From positions 175,164 through 239,163 of the IMG/VR virus record IMGVR_UViG_3300032214_000715: 64,000 nucleotides of DNA. One strand, written 5' to 3'. The translations under genes were made by a program, and so were the position numbers. Positions 30,301-39,522 of this stretch are shown piece by piece (positions within the stretch are counted from its first letter, which is position 1; every line of letters starts with the position of its first letter). Below the pieces are notes generated by a model. That model was not told where the DNA came from, did not search any database, and was given only the letters and a program-made list of their open reading frames with translations.

Positions 30301-31956
30301 TCTTCCTTGACCAGTGGTGTCGGAAGTGTTAACCATAGTGACTTTATCATACAACAGTTGAGAGCGTAGTAAAGAAAGATTAGCATCATACACTTTTAGA
30401 GTTACTGTATTAGTATCCGAACTTACGTCCGATACTAATATTCTATCGCCACTAGTAGTTGATACTAAAGAGAAATTGGTTCTGCTAGATAATGATGTTA
30501 CGTCATAAGCAAGCGTCCAATCTCTCCACTTAGACGAACCGTATGTCTTTGCTATTACTATTCTAGTAATCGTTTCTGGTTTTTGAATTGTGGTTAGTTT
30601 TAAAACTATAAAATTAGTACCTAGATTTAAAACATCCTGAACCTTCTCATTAACATTTAAAAACGTGGCGCTTATGAGTTCATTATCAAAAATTAAACTA
30701 TCAGTACTTTTTATTCTATAAGCTTTAGCTACATTTCGTGATCCTACTGGAGTTGACGTAGAAAAGTAAAATACTTGATTTCCAGTTTTATCAACAAACA
30801 TAAAATTGGTGGCGTTAAATGAGCCCTGAGAAAAATTAAAACTTCCATATACCGGGATATAATTCTCTTTTAGATACCCAGCAAACGGAGAAAAATTCAA
30901 AAAGTCCTTTATATCAGCGCTAGATACGGAAATGGTTCCGGTCGTTTCGTCAGTTGTAATTCTTTCTCCAATTCTTACTCCGCCCAATGTAGAACTAGTA
31001 GCTTTCGGTAATTCGTAAACTGGCGGAGCAGCAACTGATATAACTCCGTTGGCATCTATAGTTACATTACTGCCCTGTTTTACACCACCCAGTACTGAGC
31101 TAGTAGCTATAGGTAATGAATAAGGAGCAGCAACTGATATAACTCCGTTGGCATCTATAGTTACATTACTGCCCTGTTTTACACCACCCAGTGTAGATGA
31201 AGTAGCTATCGGTAATGAATAAGGAGCAGCAACTGATATAACTCCGTTGGCATCTATAGTTACATTACTGCCCTGTTTTACACCACCCAGTGTAGATGAA
31301 GTAGCTATAGGTAATGAATATGAATAGCTAGGAATGTTTAAAATATTTCCAGTAAGAGTGGATACTCCGCTACTTCCATTTGTAGTTAGAATAATTGGGC
31401 CTTGATAATCAGTACCCTCAACAGCAAAATCTATACTAGTTCCGTTACCTTTTAATAATCCGTTTACAGTGGTTGATATAGTTATTTCAGCAGTAGTTGA
31501 ATTTTTACTCACAGTGCCAAAAAAACCGTTTTCATTTTTTATAGCTACAGTGTTAATATACCCAGCTGGATTAGATACAGAATAGCCGCCCAAGTTTGAT
31601 AGTGCCGTTGATGGCGAAGTTGCTCCGGTGCCGCCGTTTTCTACAGATATAGGATAATCAACTGGTGAGGTGACAGATAATAATCCAAAGTCATCTACCG
31701 TTAATCCTTCACCAACTTTTATTGCCCCTAATGTGGTGGGACTCGCTATGCCAACAACACCGGTAGCACCACTGTGCTCAGTCAAAATTTCAGTAACATT
31801 AGGCCCATCTGAGGTTTCAGAATGAAGCGCGGGGTCATTTCCTATGTACAATCTTCTGGCATCGGTAGCATATCCAATCTCACCAACGTCCAGTTGAGGC
31901 AAATTTTCATTTGCGCCTGTTCTTAATAAAATTTTGCTTATCTGTTTTATAGGCAT
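27322..31956 (-). CDS. Large tail fibre with tandem repeats and C-terminal intramolecular-chaperone-like domain
   Basis: N-terminal ISKILLRTG..LPQLDVGEIGYATDARRLYIGN; 33-35 aa repeats; C-terminal YADLAEKY..GTVV..IGVIS.NPAY.MN..VALKGRVPVKV. Confidence 0.82.
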   Translation of the reverse strand: MPIKQISKILLRTGANENLPQLDVGEIGYATDARRLYIGNDPALHSETSDGPNVTEILTEHSGATGVVGIASPTTLGAIKVGEGLTVDDFGLLSVTSPVDYPISVENGGTGATSPSTALSNLGGYSVSNPAGYINTVAIKNENGFFGTVSKNSTTAEITISTTVNGLLKGNGTSIDFAVEGTDYQGPIILTTNGSSGVSTLTGNILNIPSYSYSLPIATSSTLGGVKQGSNVTIDANGVISVAAPYSLPIATSSTLGGVKQGSNVTIDANGVISVAAPYSLPIATSSVLGGVKQGSNVTIDANGVISVAAPPVYELPKATSSTLGGVRIGERITTDETTGTISVSSADIKDFLNFSPFAGYLKENYIPVYGSFNFSQGSFNATNFMFVDKTGNQVFYFSTSTPVGSRNVAKAYRIKSTDSLIFDNELISATFLNVNEKVQDVLNLGTNFIVLKLTTIQKPETITRIVIAKTYGSSKWRDWTLAYDVTSLSSRTNFSLVSTTSGDRILVSDVSSDTNTVTLKVYDANLSLLRSQLLYDKVTMVNTSDTTGQGRIAPNVLPLLGYAPNNSYGFTWNSFSETFHQRFHIWYVYTTSTGASVGQGVALDISWSIPKSWIESGSGTTVNLIPIKSGTFRYNQLSDSTWDTDNGGMSQGLGGAGYSTSLVTDEYSGTIFQLFRSTWTSTDIGDVYVLPHTSGFTYKTLSINNSARYTSFTERIIDASPWSKYVYSDSVYVIDNNMYFSAGSVTYGTKIIQTTFSKTEFASKAQGQTNDTLILSNSDINLDPLANAPAVIKNNGSITNFSTTVVGTTPSYCWIVGNEPIYTINSTGATRTYTNTNIIVPSIPTTLNGKSGITVIHICWDANTITPKYYAIVKDSVGMCYLAKCTNGTWTLNTNSVFQTEIDYGKTNRGDNINQIEFSGPTLLTNSGKLLVNFGINVVGGRAFYWASIEISSDIVSTSHVSSFAETSTGSGGYTSTNGYPGGSFGYSTALGYYRAASSGNYDSMVFLSSKDVTGVKTELTELEWLTGSKPRNQIYVSTESATGLIAYVTTCPLFIGGYYTTIPTQSISLSANSINYIYVLKNDDDTTSVTVFKSDIELPSSFTRVLIAKMETDARSIISQTNYLIRQRDSLDELLNVSTGNKQTNDYLKWNGTEWVSAAVSAPPLPIATSSTLGGVIQGSNVTIDANGVISVAAPSVYELPIATSSVLGGVKQGSNVTIDANGVISVAAPSVYELPIATSSILGGVKQGSNVTIDANGVISVAAPYSLPIATSSVLGGVKQGSNVTIDANGVISVAASSVYELPIATSSTLGGVKQGSNVTIDANGVISVAASSVYELPVATDSVLGGIKIGNGLTIDSNQIVTVTKLKVVDISTDSWREARVDTAGVGTANSIACRNSNGELNAVKFNGVATSAQYADLAEKYLSDENYDYGTVVSIGGAAEITASSFRDKAIGVISKNPAYMMNSALINGIYVALKGRVPVKVIGKVNKGDRLIAHNNGYAISINAVNEIIDVIDYSNVFAIAIESSELDEVKKIEAVIL
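27900..28460 (-). repeat. Tandem 99/105-bp coding repeats (5 near-identical plus 1 degenerate)
   Basis: gcagcaactgatat recurs at 27956, 28061, 28160, 28265, 28370; encodes LPIATSSxLGGVKQGSNVTIDANGVISVAA. Confidence 0.9.
31021..31320 (-). repeat. Tandem 99-bp coding repeats (3 copies), same unit as 27900-28460
   Basis: ggagcagcaactgatataactccgttggcatc at 31025, 31124, 31223. Confidence 0.9.
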
Positions 31957-31986
31957 AGTATACTCATTGAATATACTTATTTATCA

Positions 31987-32700
31987 CTACGTTAATGTGT
32001 AATACTGCTCTACTCTTTTCCACCATAATGAACGATATTTTTCAAATTCATCGCCCTCAAGTATAAATTCCTGATACACGGGTTCAGTTAATAGCTTTTG
32101 TTGTTGATCAACTTCGGGCTTAACACACATTAAAACAACGCCGCGTTTTATATTTGTTCCGTGTATTTCATTATGAGCCTCGGAATAAGCCGCTAGTTGT
32201 AGAAAGTAATCGTCAATCCACTCACGCTTTTTTGGCTTGTTTGTTTGTTTAAAATCCAATATCGATTCTTTATTTTCGTGTATACCAACACAATCGGTAG
32301 TACCAGCATATACTTCAGGAAAAAATAACGGAACCTCAATACCCCAATATTCAGTTACATTTAAAAGTCCCTGATTTATAACTACATTTGCCATAGCGTG
32401 ACTAGCCCAAGAAAAGGGATTCTGGTCTCGCTCTTTTATTTCTCCAGTTTTAACATAGTGCTCTAGATAGGCATGCATGCGAGTGCCGCGACTAGCAGCC
32501 TCGGTAGTAATTTGCTGAGCACGATCATTACCAACACGATTGCGCCACTGTTGTAGTATTTTCTTTTTTTCCTCTGGCTTAGTTGCTTCTAAAATAGTAG
32601 TAACGCTTGCTAACTTGTTTCCGTCAGGAGTGGAATAACGTCTTTGCCCATTAATGGTCTGACGATCTAATGGTTGATAATTAAATTTTGGATTGTACAT
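31987..32700 (-). CDS. PD-(D/E)XK exonuclease (Cas4/MGME1-like)
   Basis: SVTTIL; RGTRMH..LE; EVPL; YAGTTDCVG; ILDFKQT; DYFLQLAAY. Confidence 0.88.
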   Translation of the reverse strand: MYNPKFNYQPLDRQTINGQRRYSTPDGNKLASVTTILEATKPEEKKKILQQWRNRVGNDRAQQITTEAASRGTRMHAYLEHYVKTGEIKERDQNPFSWASHAMANVVINQGLLNVTEYWGIEVPLFFPEVYAGTTDCVGIHENKESILDFKQTNKPKKREWIDDYFLQLAAYSEAHNEIHGTNIKRGVVLMCVKPEVDQQQKLLTEPVYQEFILEGDEFEKYRSLWWKRVEQYYTLT

Positions 32701-32705
32701 AGTAA

Positions 32706-32738
32706 AACAGCATAACATTTCTGCTATGCTGTTGTCAA
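32706..32738 (-). promoter_or_regulatory. Sigma70-like promoter with internal inverted repeat
   Basis: TTGACA-18 nt-TATGCT; aacagcata/tatgctgtt 9-bp inverted repeat. Confidence 0.55.
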
Positions 32739-32748
32739 GTAATTAATT

Positions 32749-33105
32749 TTATATTTCTCGCTTTTTGGTAGCCCGTTTGGCCATTTTTTCCAGAGTATCG
32801 GCTTGTTTTTCTTCCTCGTCTTGTTCCGAAGAAATATCGGTTGCTTGTTTTCCGTCCATGCCTTTGAAAACAATATCCCCGTCTTGTACACTATCAATAA
32901 TATTGGACAATGGGGGTTTTTCAATCATCTTGACAAACATTTCTTCGTCAATGTCCAAGCCACGATCCTGTAATTGACCCAATACAGTTTGTAGACTGTA
33001 TGTGTTTTTATACCCGGTATCCTTAATACGATTTAACACCAGTCCGACAACGCCAGACAGTATAGTTTCGTCGCTGGTACCAAAGTCAAACTCATACAGT
33101 TTCAT
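32749..33105 (-). CDS. Hypothetical protein
   Basis: 118 aa; MKLYEF start; C-terminal LEKMAKRA. Confidence 0.6.
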   Translation of the reverse strand: MKLYEFDFGTSDETILSGVVGLVLNRIKDTGYKNTYSLQTVLGQLQDRGLDIDEEMFVKMIEKPPLSNIIDSVQDGDIVFKGMDGKQATDISSEQDEEEKQADTLEKMAKRATKKREI

Positions 33106-33106
33106 A

Positions 33107-33811
33107 TTATCTGCGCTCGCGACCTAAACTAGTTGGTCTTTCTGGCTCTTCTTCTGGTTCTTCGGGCAGTTCAGGTAGTTCAGGTAGTTCTTCACCCATA
33201 TCTGGTTCTTCTCCTGGCATTCCTGGCATTTCGGGAGATTCTTCTCCTGGAGCAGCTGGCATCGCACCACCATCTCCGGTCAGACCGCCTAATGCTCCAC
33301 TTACGGCTTCCTTCGCTGTCTTTACGGCTTCCTGTAAAGTAGTTAGAGCTTGACCAACGGCCGTATTGAACTGATCGGCGTCACTTGATTGAAAGTCTGG
33401 AGAGTTTTTTATGCCCTCTACTACAGCATTCAATTCTTCAACATTCATCTTACTAACTTGTTCCATCATTTTTTGAATGTCGTCAATCATACTTTGAGCC
33501 GCAAGCAATACTTGAGATTTTTGAATCTCTTCATTTTCTATTACTATGCGAGTTTGTGATCTCAAGTCGCGCAAGTGACCACTTAGCGCTTGTTCCATCA
33601 TTAATAGTTTTAAATAAGCAGGATCGCGATGACTAGAATGTATTCTTGAACTTGCTTTAGACTCATTTATAAGAGAACGTACTTTAGTAAGCATTGAATG
33701 AGTTTTTCTAATATCAAGCTGTTCTAAGTTCATATCGTATTTGAAATTTTCACGCAGCACTTTAGTTGCTAATTTGCTCTTTTTGTTTTCGCGCAGGTCG
33801 GTTAAGTTCAT
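33107..33811 (-). CDS. Putative head scaffold/core-like protein
   Basis: 234 aa; helical; Glu/Pro-rich tail ending LGRERR; LxE motifs. Confidence 0.5.
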   Translation of the reverse strand: MNLTDLRENKKSKLATKVLRENFKYDMNLEQLDIRKTHSMLTKVRSLINESKASSRIHSSHRDPAYLKLLMMEQALSGHLRDLRSQTRIVIENEEIQKSQVLLAAQSMIDDIQKMMEQVSKMNVEELNAVVEGIKNSPDFQSSDADQFNTAVGQALTTLQEAVKTAKEAVSGALGGLTGDGGAMPAAPGEESPEMPGMPGEEPDMGEELPELPELPEEPEEEPERPTSLGRERR

Positions 33812-34250
33812 TTTGAAATCCTCGTTCTTGGCACATTTTTGCCATTATTATGTATTTATCTATTTCTCTTTGAAATTTGTTTTGTCTTTCAATGTCCTGT
33901 TCGTACTTTACACTATAAAGTAAAAAGTCAAAATTCTTATTTTTTTTGAGCTTTGAATGTATCAACTTATCTACCGCAACGCTCTCTAGCTTTAGATCCA
34001 GTTCTAATATTCTAGCAGTCTCATAAAACTTATTGCTTCTGTCTAAAATTGTCCAAGCAATCGCGTGCTTCATTTTATGAAACACAAATGTTTTTTCATC
34101 GCGATATCTATAAACAGTAATCTTGTGTTTGTCTTGACGAATTTCATACTGCTCAAAAATTGTATGGGTCCCGTCGTCGTTTTTAAAGAACATACAGTTT
34201 AGTAACGACGGGCTGATTAAATTTTGTATATGATGTAAAGTATTATTCAT
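33762..34250 (-). CDS. Hypothetical protein
   Basis: 162 aa ORF in operon. Confidence 0.55.
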   Translation of the reverse strand: MNNTLHHIQNLISPSLLNCMFFKNDDGTHTIFEQYEIRQDKHKITVYRYRDEKTFVFHKMKHAIAWTILDRSNKFYETARILELDLKLESVAVDKLIHSKLKKNKNFDFLLYSVKYEQDIERQNKFQREIDKYIIMAKMCQERGFQNELNRPARKQKEQISN

Positions 34251-34689
34251 CTTCTACTATCTCAAACTCAACATTTTTTAAATTTGATGAAGTATTTAGC
34301 TGACTTACGTTTGTTACTGACTCGTCCAAATTTAAAAGCATAGGAACTCCATCGCAATCGGTTAGAAGTTTTCCTAAATTAGAGTTTTCATCAGCAAATA
34401 CTCCACTGTGACTAATAGTAAAAGAAAATGACCACATTATTACATCGTCTGTCTTAAACTGTATTTTGTCTCCCCATCGCAAATCTTTCTTAGAAACACT
34501 GAGTTGTTTTGGGGTAGTTATATTTTCTGGTTGACTACGCATACTTATTACTTGTAGCATAGTTTCAAAATTGGCTTGTTGATTTCTTTGCTTTACGTAT
34601 TCAGCTTGATTCGTAACAACAGAATGATTTTGTCGGTGACTGATATTAGTATTGGTAATATCAAATAGAGTGTAGCATCTAATCTTCAT
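34243..34689 (-). CDS. Hypothetical phage protein
   Basis: MKIRCYTLFDITNT...RNQQANFETMLQVISMRSQP. Confidence 0.65.
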   Translation of the reverse strand: MKIRCYTLFDITNTNISHRQNHSVVTNQAEYVKQRNQQANFETMLQVISMRSQPENITTPKQLSVSKKDLRWGDKIQFKTDDVIMWSFSFTISHSGVFADENSNLGKLLTDCDGVPMLLNLDESVTNVSQLNTSSNLKNVEFEIVEDE

Positions 34690-34712
34690 AGTATTAGTAT
34701 TTACCGACCAAT

Positions 34713-34742
34713 AAAAAACCCAGGAATATTCCTGGGTTTTTT
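34713..34742. terminator. Palindromic intrinsic terminator
   Basis: aaaaaacccaggaatattcctgggtttttt. Confidence 0.85.
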
Positions 34743-34759
34743 GAGTGCTTACTGTACTA

Positions 34760-35149
34760 TTAAGCTAGTCCGCCAGCAGTAACTACTGCGCCAGCCAAGT
34801 TATAGCCATTTACTGTTCCTAGTGCTTGTATCGCAGACTGTAGAGAGGCAGCAGCGTCTCCGCCTGTTGGGTACATAGCAACGCGGAATACTCCATTATT
34901 GTTGAATTGATACATGTGAATGGTACTCATTTGAGCCATTACACGTAGAACTGCTTCAACGGCGCCGCCTGTGCCAAACTGTCCGCTAACACCATCAGCG
35001 CCCAAGTCGCCGGTGTAAAAGTCTAGCTTTGGACCCTGAGGTTGAATTGGGATGCCAGCAGAACCACTTGTGGCCCCGTTTACATAAGTACCTACGTCAT
35101 ATACGGCTACGCCACTTGCGTCACCATTTGTTCTTGTAAAACTTGCCAT
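34760..35149 (-). CDS. Small, probably abundant virion protein (possible head decoration)
   Basis: 129 aa Ala/Gly-rich; own late promoter (35193-35200), AAGGAG RBS and terminator. Confidence 0.55.
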   Translation of the reverse strand: MASFTRTNGDASGVAVYDVGTYVNGATSGSAGIPIQPQGPKLDFYTGDLGADGVSGQFGTGGAVEAVLRVMAQMSTIHMYQFNNNGVFRVAMYPTGGDAAASLQSAIQALGTVNGYNLAGAVVTAGGLA

Positions 35150-35219
35150 TTTTAAATCTCCTTGTTGTTATGAGGTTAAAATCCTCTATACTTATTTATC
35201 ATTTTGATAAAAAAAATAG

Positions 35220-36026
35220 TCATAGACGATAATAAGCGTGAAACAGCTTATTTAGCTTGTCTATCGTTGCGGTCGTAGTAACTTTCATATCACCAACAAC
35301 TGGAGTCAGTGAGCGACCGGTGACATCTATCCAAACGCTGTTTACGAAATCGTATCTAAAATCTCTGTTCTCAGTAATAACTCGTGGCTCTGGAGTTATG
35401 TCGCTACCAGGAGGATTAAAAGAGTCAAATTTAGATTTAGACATAGGATTACTAACTGGTAATTTTCCACCCGCTCCTATTCTGTTGTAGAAAATTGTCC
35501 ATACCGTTTTATCAGGAGGTTGATCATTTCCTAGCGGTGTTGCTCCTGCGGGCGCAGATTGTTCCTGTGATGAATATACTATATTCCACACGGCATTAGA
35601 TAAAATCTCTGCTATTTTAGGGTTTAGTCTGCTTCCGGCAGCGGTGTAAGCAGTAACAAATTCATTAATAGCATTATCTATAGACGTCAATTGTTGCTGA
35701 GTTGGACGCAATTTATTATTAACAGTGATCTCGTACATTAAAAACTCTTTAACTACCTGATCAACAGATCCAACGGCTTCATTGGCAATAATAGACTCAA
35801 CCAAATGATTAAAAGACGAGTATGACTGATTCTGTCTAGTTTCGGCCAACCCGTTAGATTTAAATTTCTGTTGAAGTCTACTGTAGAAACCGGTAAACCA
35901 CTTTTTATTGGCAATTTCCATATCTCTTTTATCGTAGGCTACCGCTTGTCTTGTTTGACCTAACCAGCCGCGCCTTGCCGCCCAGTCCGTTACGGCATTC
36001 TCATCAACAAATTCACTACTTTTCAT
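35220..36026 (-). CDS. Hypothetical protein, putative head-internal
   Basis: MKSSEFVDE N-terminus. Confidence 0.55.
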   Translation of the reverse strand: MKSSEFVDENAVTDWAARRGWLGQTRQAVAYDKRDMEIANKKWFTGFYSRLQQKFKSNGLAETRQNQSYSSFNHLVESIIANEAVGSVDQVVKEFLMYEITVNNKLRPTQQQLTSIDNAINEFVTAYTAAGSRLNPKIAEILSNAVWNIVYSSQEQSAPAGATPLGNDQPPDKTVWTIFYNRIGAGGKLPVSNPMSKSKFDSFNPPGSDITPEPRVITENRDFRYDFVNSVWIDVTGRSLTPVVGDMKVTTTATIDKLNKLFHAYYRL

Positions 36027-36270
36027 TTGAATCCTCTGATCGCTTTAAGCTACGAACAAACTTTCCTTGATCGCGATTTTTGATAGCAATCAATAATTTT
36101 TTTTCTAAAACGGCAGCTTGCTCAGCAGTATAGTTACGCTGTATTACTTCAAGTAAATGTATAGCACTGGAAATAACATTCACCGCACGATTTTCAATTA
36201 TGTGCTTAGTGTCATGGCTTCTGCTGATGCTTTCAAGCTCTTCTAACAATGTTTTAGTTTGTCGTTTCAT
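36016..36270 (-). CDS. Hypothetical protein
   Basis: 84 aa; TKTLLEELESI...IIENRA.NVISSAIHL. Confidence 0.6.
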   Translation of the reverse strand: MKRQTKTLLEELESISRSHDTKHIIENRAVNVISSAIHLLEVIQRNYTAEQAAVLEKKLLIAIKNRDQGKFVRSLKRSEDSNEK

Positions 36271-36298
36271 ATTAAATATTTATCTTGTATTACGATAA

Positions 36299-37729
36299 TT
36301 AATTAGTCTTCTTTAAATTACTAAGCATTGATTTAAGCTTGGCACTTTGTACGTCTGCCTGTACTGCTTTCACAGGAGTGGACAATATCTCTCCAGTTTC
36401 AGTATCAATCTTGGGTGCCACTACTGTTCCAACAGTACTACTGGTTTTAATCTTATTCAATAGTGTGCTAGCACTATTACTGCTGGCAACATAACCAGTA
36501 CTATCTCCGTCATCAAAGATTCTTAGCGTATCAACATTGAATGACAGATCAATCTTTTGCCCTACGCCGCTGCTGCTACGAGTTTTCATCAATTGAATTT
36601 GATACTGACCCTTTTCACGCATATGACGACTAGTAAAAATACCAAACACATTATCAGCGGTATTGATTTTAGAAATGCCACCGCTAATATGACTGTGATC
36701 AAATTCAATTTCTTCTACCGCACTACGATTAAGCTGACTGGCAGTTACTAACAACACATTTAATTCTTTGGCAAGATTACGTATCTCTTCACTAACGTAC
36801 TTGTCTTTAATAAACAAATCACTAGGGCTAACTTTAGCACTTACTGGCATCAACAAGTCCAAATAGTCAATACACACAAAATCTATTCTGATTCCGGTTT
36901 CAATACTAAGAGTCTTAATGTAAGCACGTATATCATTAATGTTACTTTGTGCTGGCATATACTTGATGTAAAACTTTCCAGCTTTCTTGGCTGTCATTTT
37001 AACTTTAAGTTCAACATCATCTAGATTCTTAAACACATCCTTTGTTGATGTGTCTGTCATCATACTATCAATACGCCAAGCACACAGTTCTTCGCTAAGT
37101 TCTAGCGTTACATAGACTCCGTTCAATCCAGCTAATGCCCAATTCACACTTAAGTTCTGCATGAACAGTGACTTGCCGCTGCCACTACCCCCAGCAAATA
37201 TCTGTAACTCACCACGATTAAACCCACCGTACAATTTATTATCAAGACAGGGCCAGCCAGTGCTAATTTGCCCGTTGTTGTTTTTAATCTTATTCAATCT
37301 AGCACGTGGATCGGCAAAGTAATCAGTGCCCATATCTTTAGTCAGTGATATTTGTACAGCGTCCTTAATTAGCTTTTCTACTGGATCATAATTGCCTTTT
37401 TCAAGTAAGTCAGCACTCTTTAGAATTGCTCGTTCTAGTTCTTGTCTGCGAGTGAATACTTCAAAAGAATCTAGAAACCAATCTATGTCGCTTTTTCTTA
37501 GGTCGTCAATAACCGTTAAGCTAACTTTAGTAACCGCATGAATTTGATCACTGTCCGGGACACTGGTATATTTCTCAGCAAATTCTTTAATGAATTTGAC
37601 CGCTGGACGCAGCGATTTATCAAAGTTTTCTGTATTCAGAATGTTACTGATTCTAGTGTATAACTGCGGATCACTAATCATCATTCTTAGAAACAGTTCT
37701 TGAATTTCTATTCCGTATTCTGTGCTCAT
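36299..37729 (-). CDS. Replicative DnaB-family helicase (T4 gp41-like)
   Basis: STGW..LD..L.GG..RGEL.IFAGGSGSGKS; TLELSE; IDYLDL; TASQLNR; KTR. Confidence 0.93.
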   Translation of the reverse strand: MSTEYGIEIQELFLRMMISDPQLYTRISNILNTENFDKSLRPAVKFIKEFAEKYTSVPDSDQIHAVTKVSLTVIDDLRKSDIDWFLDSFEVFTRRQELERAILKSADLLEKGNYDPVEKLIKDAVQISLTKDMGTDYFADPRARLNKIKNNNGQISTGWPCLDNKLYGGFNRGELQIFAGGSGSGKSLFMQNLSVNWALAGLNGVYVTLELSEELCAWRIDSMMTDTSTKDVFKNLDDVELKVKMTAKKAGKFYIKYMPAQSNINDIRAYIKTLSIETGIRIDFVCIDYLDLLMPVSAKVSPSDLFIKDKYVSEEIRNLAKELNVLLVTASQLNRSAVEEIEFDHSHISGGISKINTADNVFGIFTSRHMREKGQYQIQLMKTRSSSGVGQKIDLSFNVDTLRIFDDGDSTGYVASSNSASTLLNKIKTSSTVGTVVAPKIDTETGEILSTPVKAVQADVQSAKLKSMLSNLKKTN

Positions 37730-38691
37730 TTAATTCTCTTTTTTGCCATTTCTACTTTAATTTTACTTGTAGTAGCTGATTGAAATATGCTTAATAGTGT
37801 TGGAATTTTTCCATATCTACGAACAGCGTCATTAACATCCTTTACGTCACTGTGCCACTCAGGAATACTTATCTTATATCCTAACTCTAAAGCACGATCA
37901 CAAATTTGTAATCCACTTTTATCCTGATCAGGCACAACTATTATTGTTCTGTTCAATCTGTTGATTAATTGTGCTTGCTCATCACTGATATTGCTACCCA
38001 TATAAGCACATCCACCAATGCTAATAGCATCAAATTGGCCCTCAACCATAATACACGATGACCAATTATCGTTTTTGAACTGAGCATCTATATTGAACAC
38101 GTATCCAGACGGCTGATCAGATAGATACTTAGGTTTTCTGCCATCTAAAAATCTACAGGTATTTCCCACAATGTCGCCATTGTAAAAATATGGGATTATG
38201 ATTCCTGGTCTAGTAGCATCACTATCTACATAATATGAATAGGAATGTTCAGACAGTCCACGACTACGCAGATACTCAATATATAGTTGATGTTCAGAAT
38301 AGCTAGCATTCAATCTAACGCACGTATCACTTAATTGTTTTACTGGAAAGTTTATAACTACTGCTTTTGACTTTTTAGTTCTTAAATCCAATACATCACG
38401 CTGGCTGAAGCTTTCAAAGCTTATCTTATTGATAACGTATTCGTCCAATCCGCACCAACTTAACAACAATCTAGTGTTTTTAGTTAATTGTTTTCCAAGT
38501 CTAAATCCAGCTTTGTAGTGACAATTGAAACAGTGATAGGTCCAATTTTGATTATCATCAAATATTATTCCGCCACGCATTCTGCGATCAGCACTATGAC
38601 CACGATTAACGCAGCAAGGAGCGTTGAAACTGTACCATCCACTTTGAGTACGTTTCTTTTTACCCGGAACAACAGACAATATATCTAACAT
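37726..38691 (-). CDS. DNA primase (T4 gp61-like)
   Basis: N-terminal Zn finger (PCC...HCFNC); TOPRIM VEGQFDA, PDQD..G, KDVND. Confidence 0.88.
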   Translation of the reverse strand: MLDILSVVPGKKKRTQSGWYSFNAPCCVNRGHSADRRMRGGIIFDDNQNWTYHCFNCHYKAGFRLGKQLTKNTRLLLSWCGLDEYVINKISFESFSQRDVLDLRTKKSKAVVINFPVKQLSDTCVRLNASYSEHQLYIEYLRSRGLSEHSYSYYVDSDATRPGIIIPYFYNGDIVGNTCRFLDGRKPKYLSDQPSGYVFNIDAQFKNDNWSSCIMVEGQFDAISIGGCAYMGSNISDEQAQLINRLNRTIIVVPDQDKSGLQICDRALELGYKISIPEWHSDVKDVNDAVRRYGKIPTLLSIFQSATTSKIKVEMAKKRIK

Positions 38692-38699
38692 ATACTACT

Positions 38700-38728
38700 A
38701 GTATACGCTACTGCGGCGAAGTATTCAA
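38700..38728 (-). promoter_or_regulatory. Sigma70-like promoter of the primase-helicase operon
   Basis: TTGAAT-17 nt-TATACT, 8 nt before the ATG. Confidence 0.6.
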
Positions 38729-38738
38729 GTTTATAGAC

Positions 38739-39500
38739 TTATCTGACCAGTATTTTGGTCACACTGCCGATGGCGTCATCAGTCTCAAACTTTACTCGTA
38801 TGAATGGATGAAATCCCTCTATATTATAGAATCTATTTTCCGTTACGTTTGTAAAAGAAATTGAATCAGTAATGTCGTAAGCATGAGCAAAGTTGGACAG
38901 TGTACTTCCTTGAAAAATTATTCTGCCAGTATAGTTTTTAAAATACAACTGAAACGTGTAAAAATTTTGTTGTTTGGTGTAAAAGCTACTACTATAGTGA
39001 ATGGTCGGAGCGGTTAACACTGTGTAGTCGGGTATAGTTAATTCATAAGATGGCACATAAGAACTTAACACGCTATCCATTATTCTTACCACACCACGAG
39101 CCCCGCCTTGAGCGTCTACGAATACTGGATAATCAAATTCATCCACTGGTATTTCAATACTGTAATAGCATAGTTGACGATCTAGTTTATCCAATTCTTC
39201 GGAGCTAACTCTTAGACCAGCTATTCCGGTCACTGGGAAAATATACACTAATGTTTTTTGTAGTAATATTTTTTTGCCGTCTGGATTAATAATTCTAGCT
39301 GTTATTTCTTTATTGGAAATATCAACTGGCTTTTGCTCCTGATTTACAAAAGCAAACTCAATCAAATTGTCCACTCCGCGATGTAGTATTAGTTCTTTTG
39401 CGTACACTTTGTTATACCTTATCTTTCCAGATGAGGCTGCCTCTAATAAAACCACTTGCGTTCTTTGATTGTATAAATAAACTTGAGTCTGGGCTGCCAC
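38739..39500 (-). CDS. Putative virion structural (beta-sandwich) protein
   Basis: LHRGVDNLIEF.F.NQEQKPVD; IIFQGST; FIRVKF. Confidence 0.55.
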   Translation of the reverse strand: MAAQTQVYLYNQRTQVVLLEAASSGKIRYNKVYAKELILHRGVDNLIEFAFVNQEQKPVDISNKEITARIINPDGKKILLQKTLVYIFPVTGIAGLRVSSEELDKLDRQLCYYSIEIPVDEFDYPVFVDAQGGARGVVRIMDSVLSSYVPSYELTIPDYTVLTAPTIHYSSSFYTKQQNFYTFQLYFKNYTGRIIFQGSTLSNFAHAYDITDSISFTNVTENRFYNIEGFHPFIRVKFETDDAIGSVTKILVR

Positions 39501-39522
39501 TTTTCTGTCCTCTTAACTATTT

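Noticed and set aside
27322-31956. Diversity-generating retroelement target (Mtd-like N-terminus, repeats)
   Set aside because: No reverse transcriptase in the window; repeat differences are mostly synonymous and not adenine-specific
31987-32700. Cas4 as evidence of a CRISPR system
   Set aside because: Lacks the four-Cys Fe-S cluster and any cas context; an ordinary phage PD-(D/E)XK exonuclease
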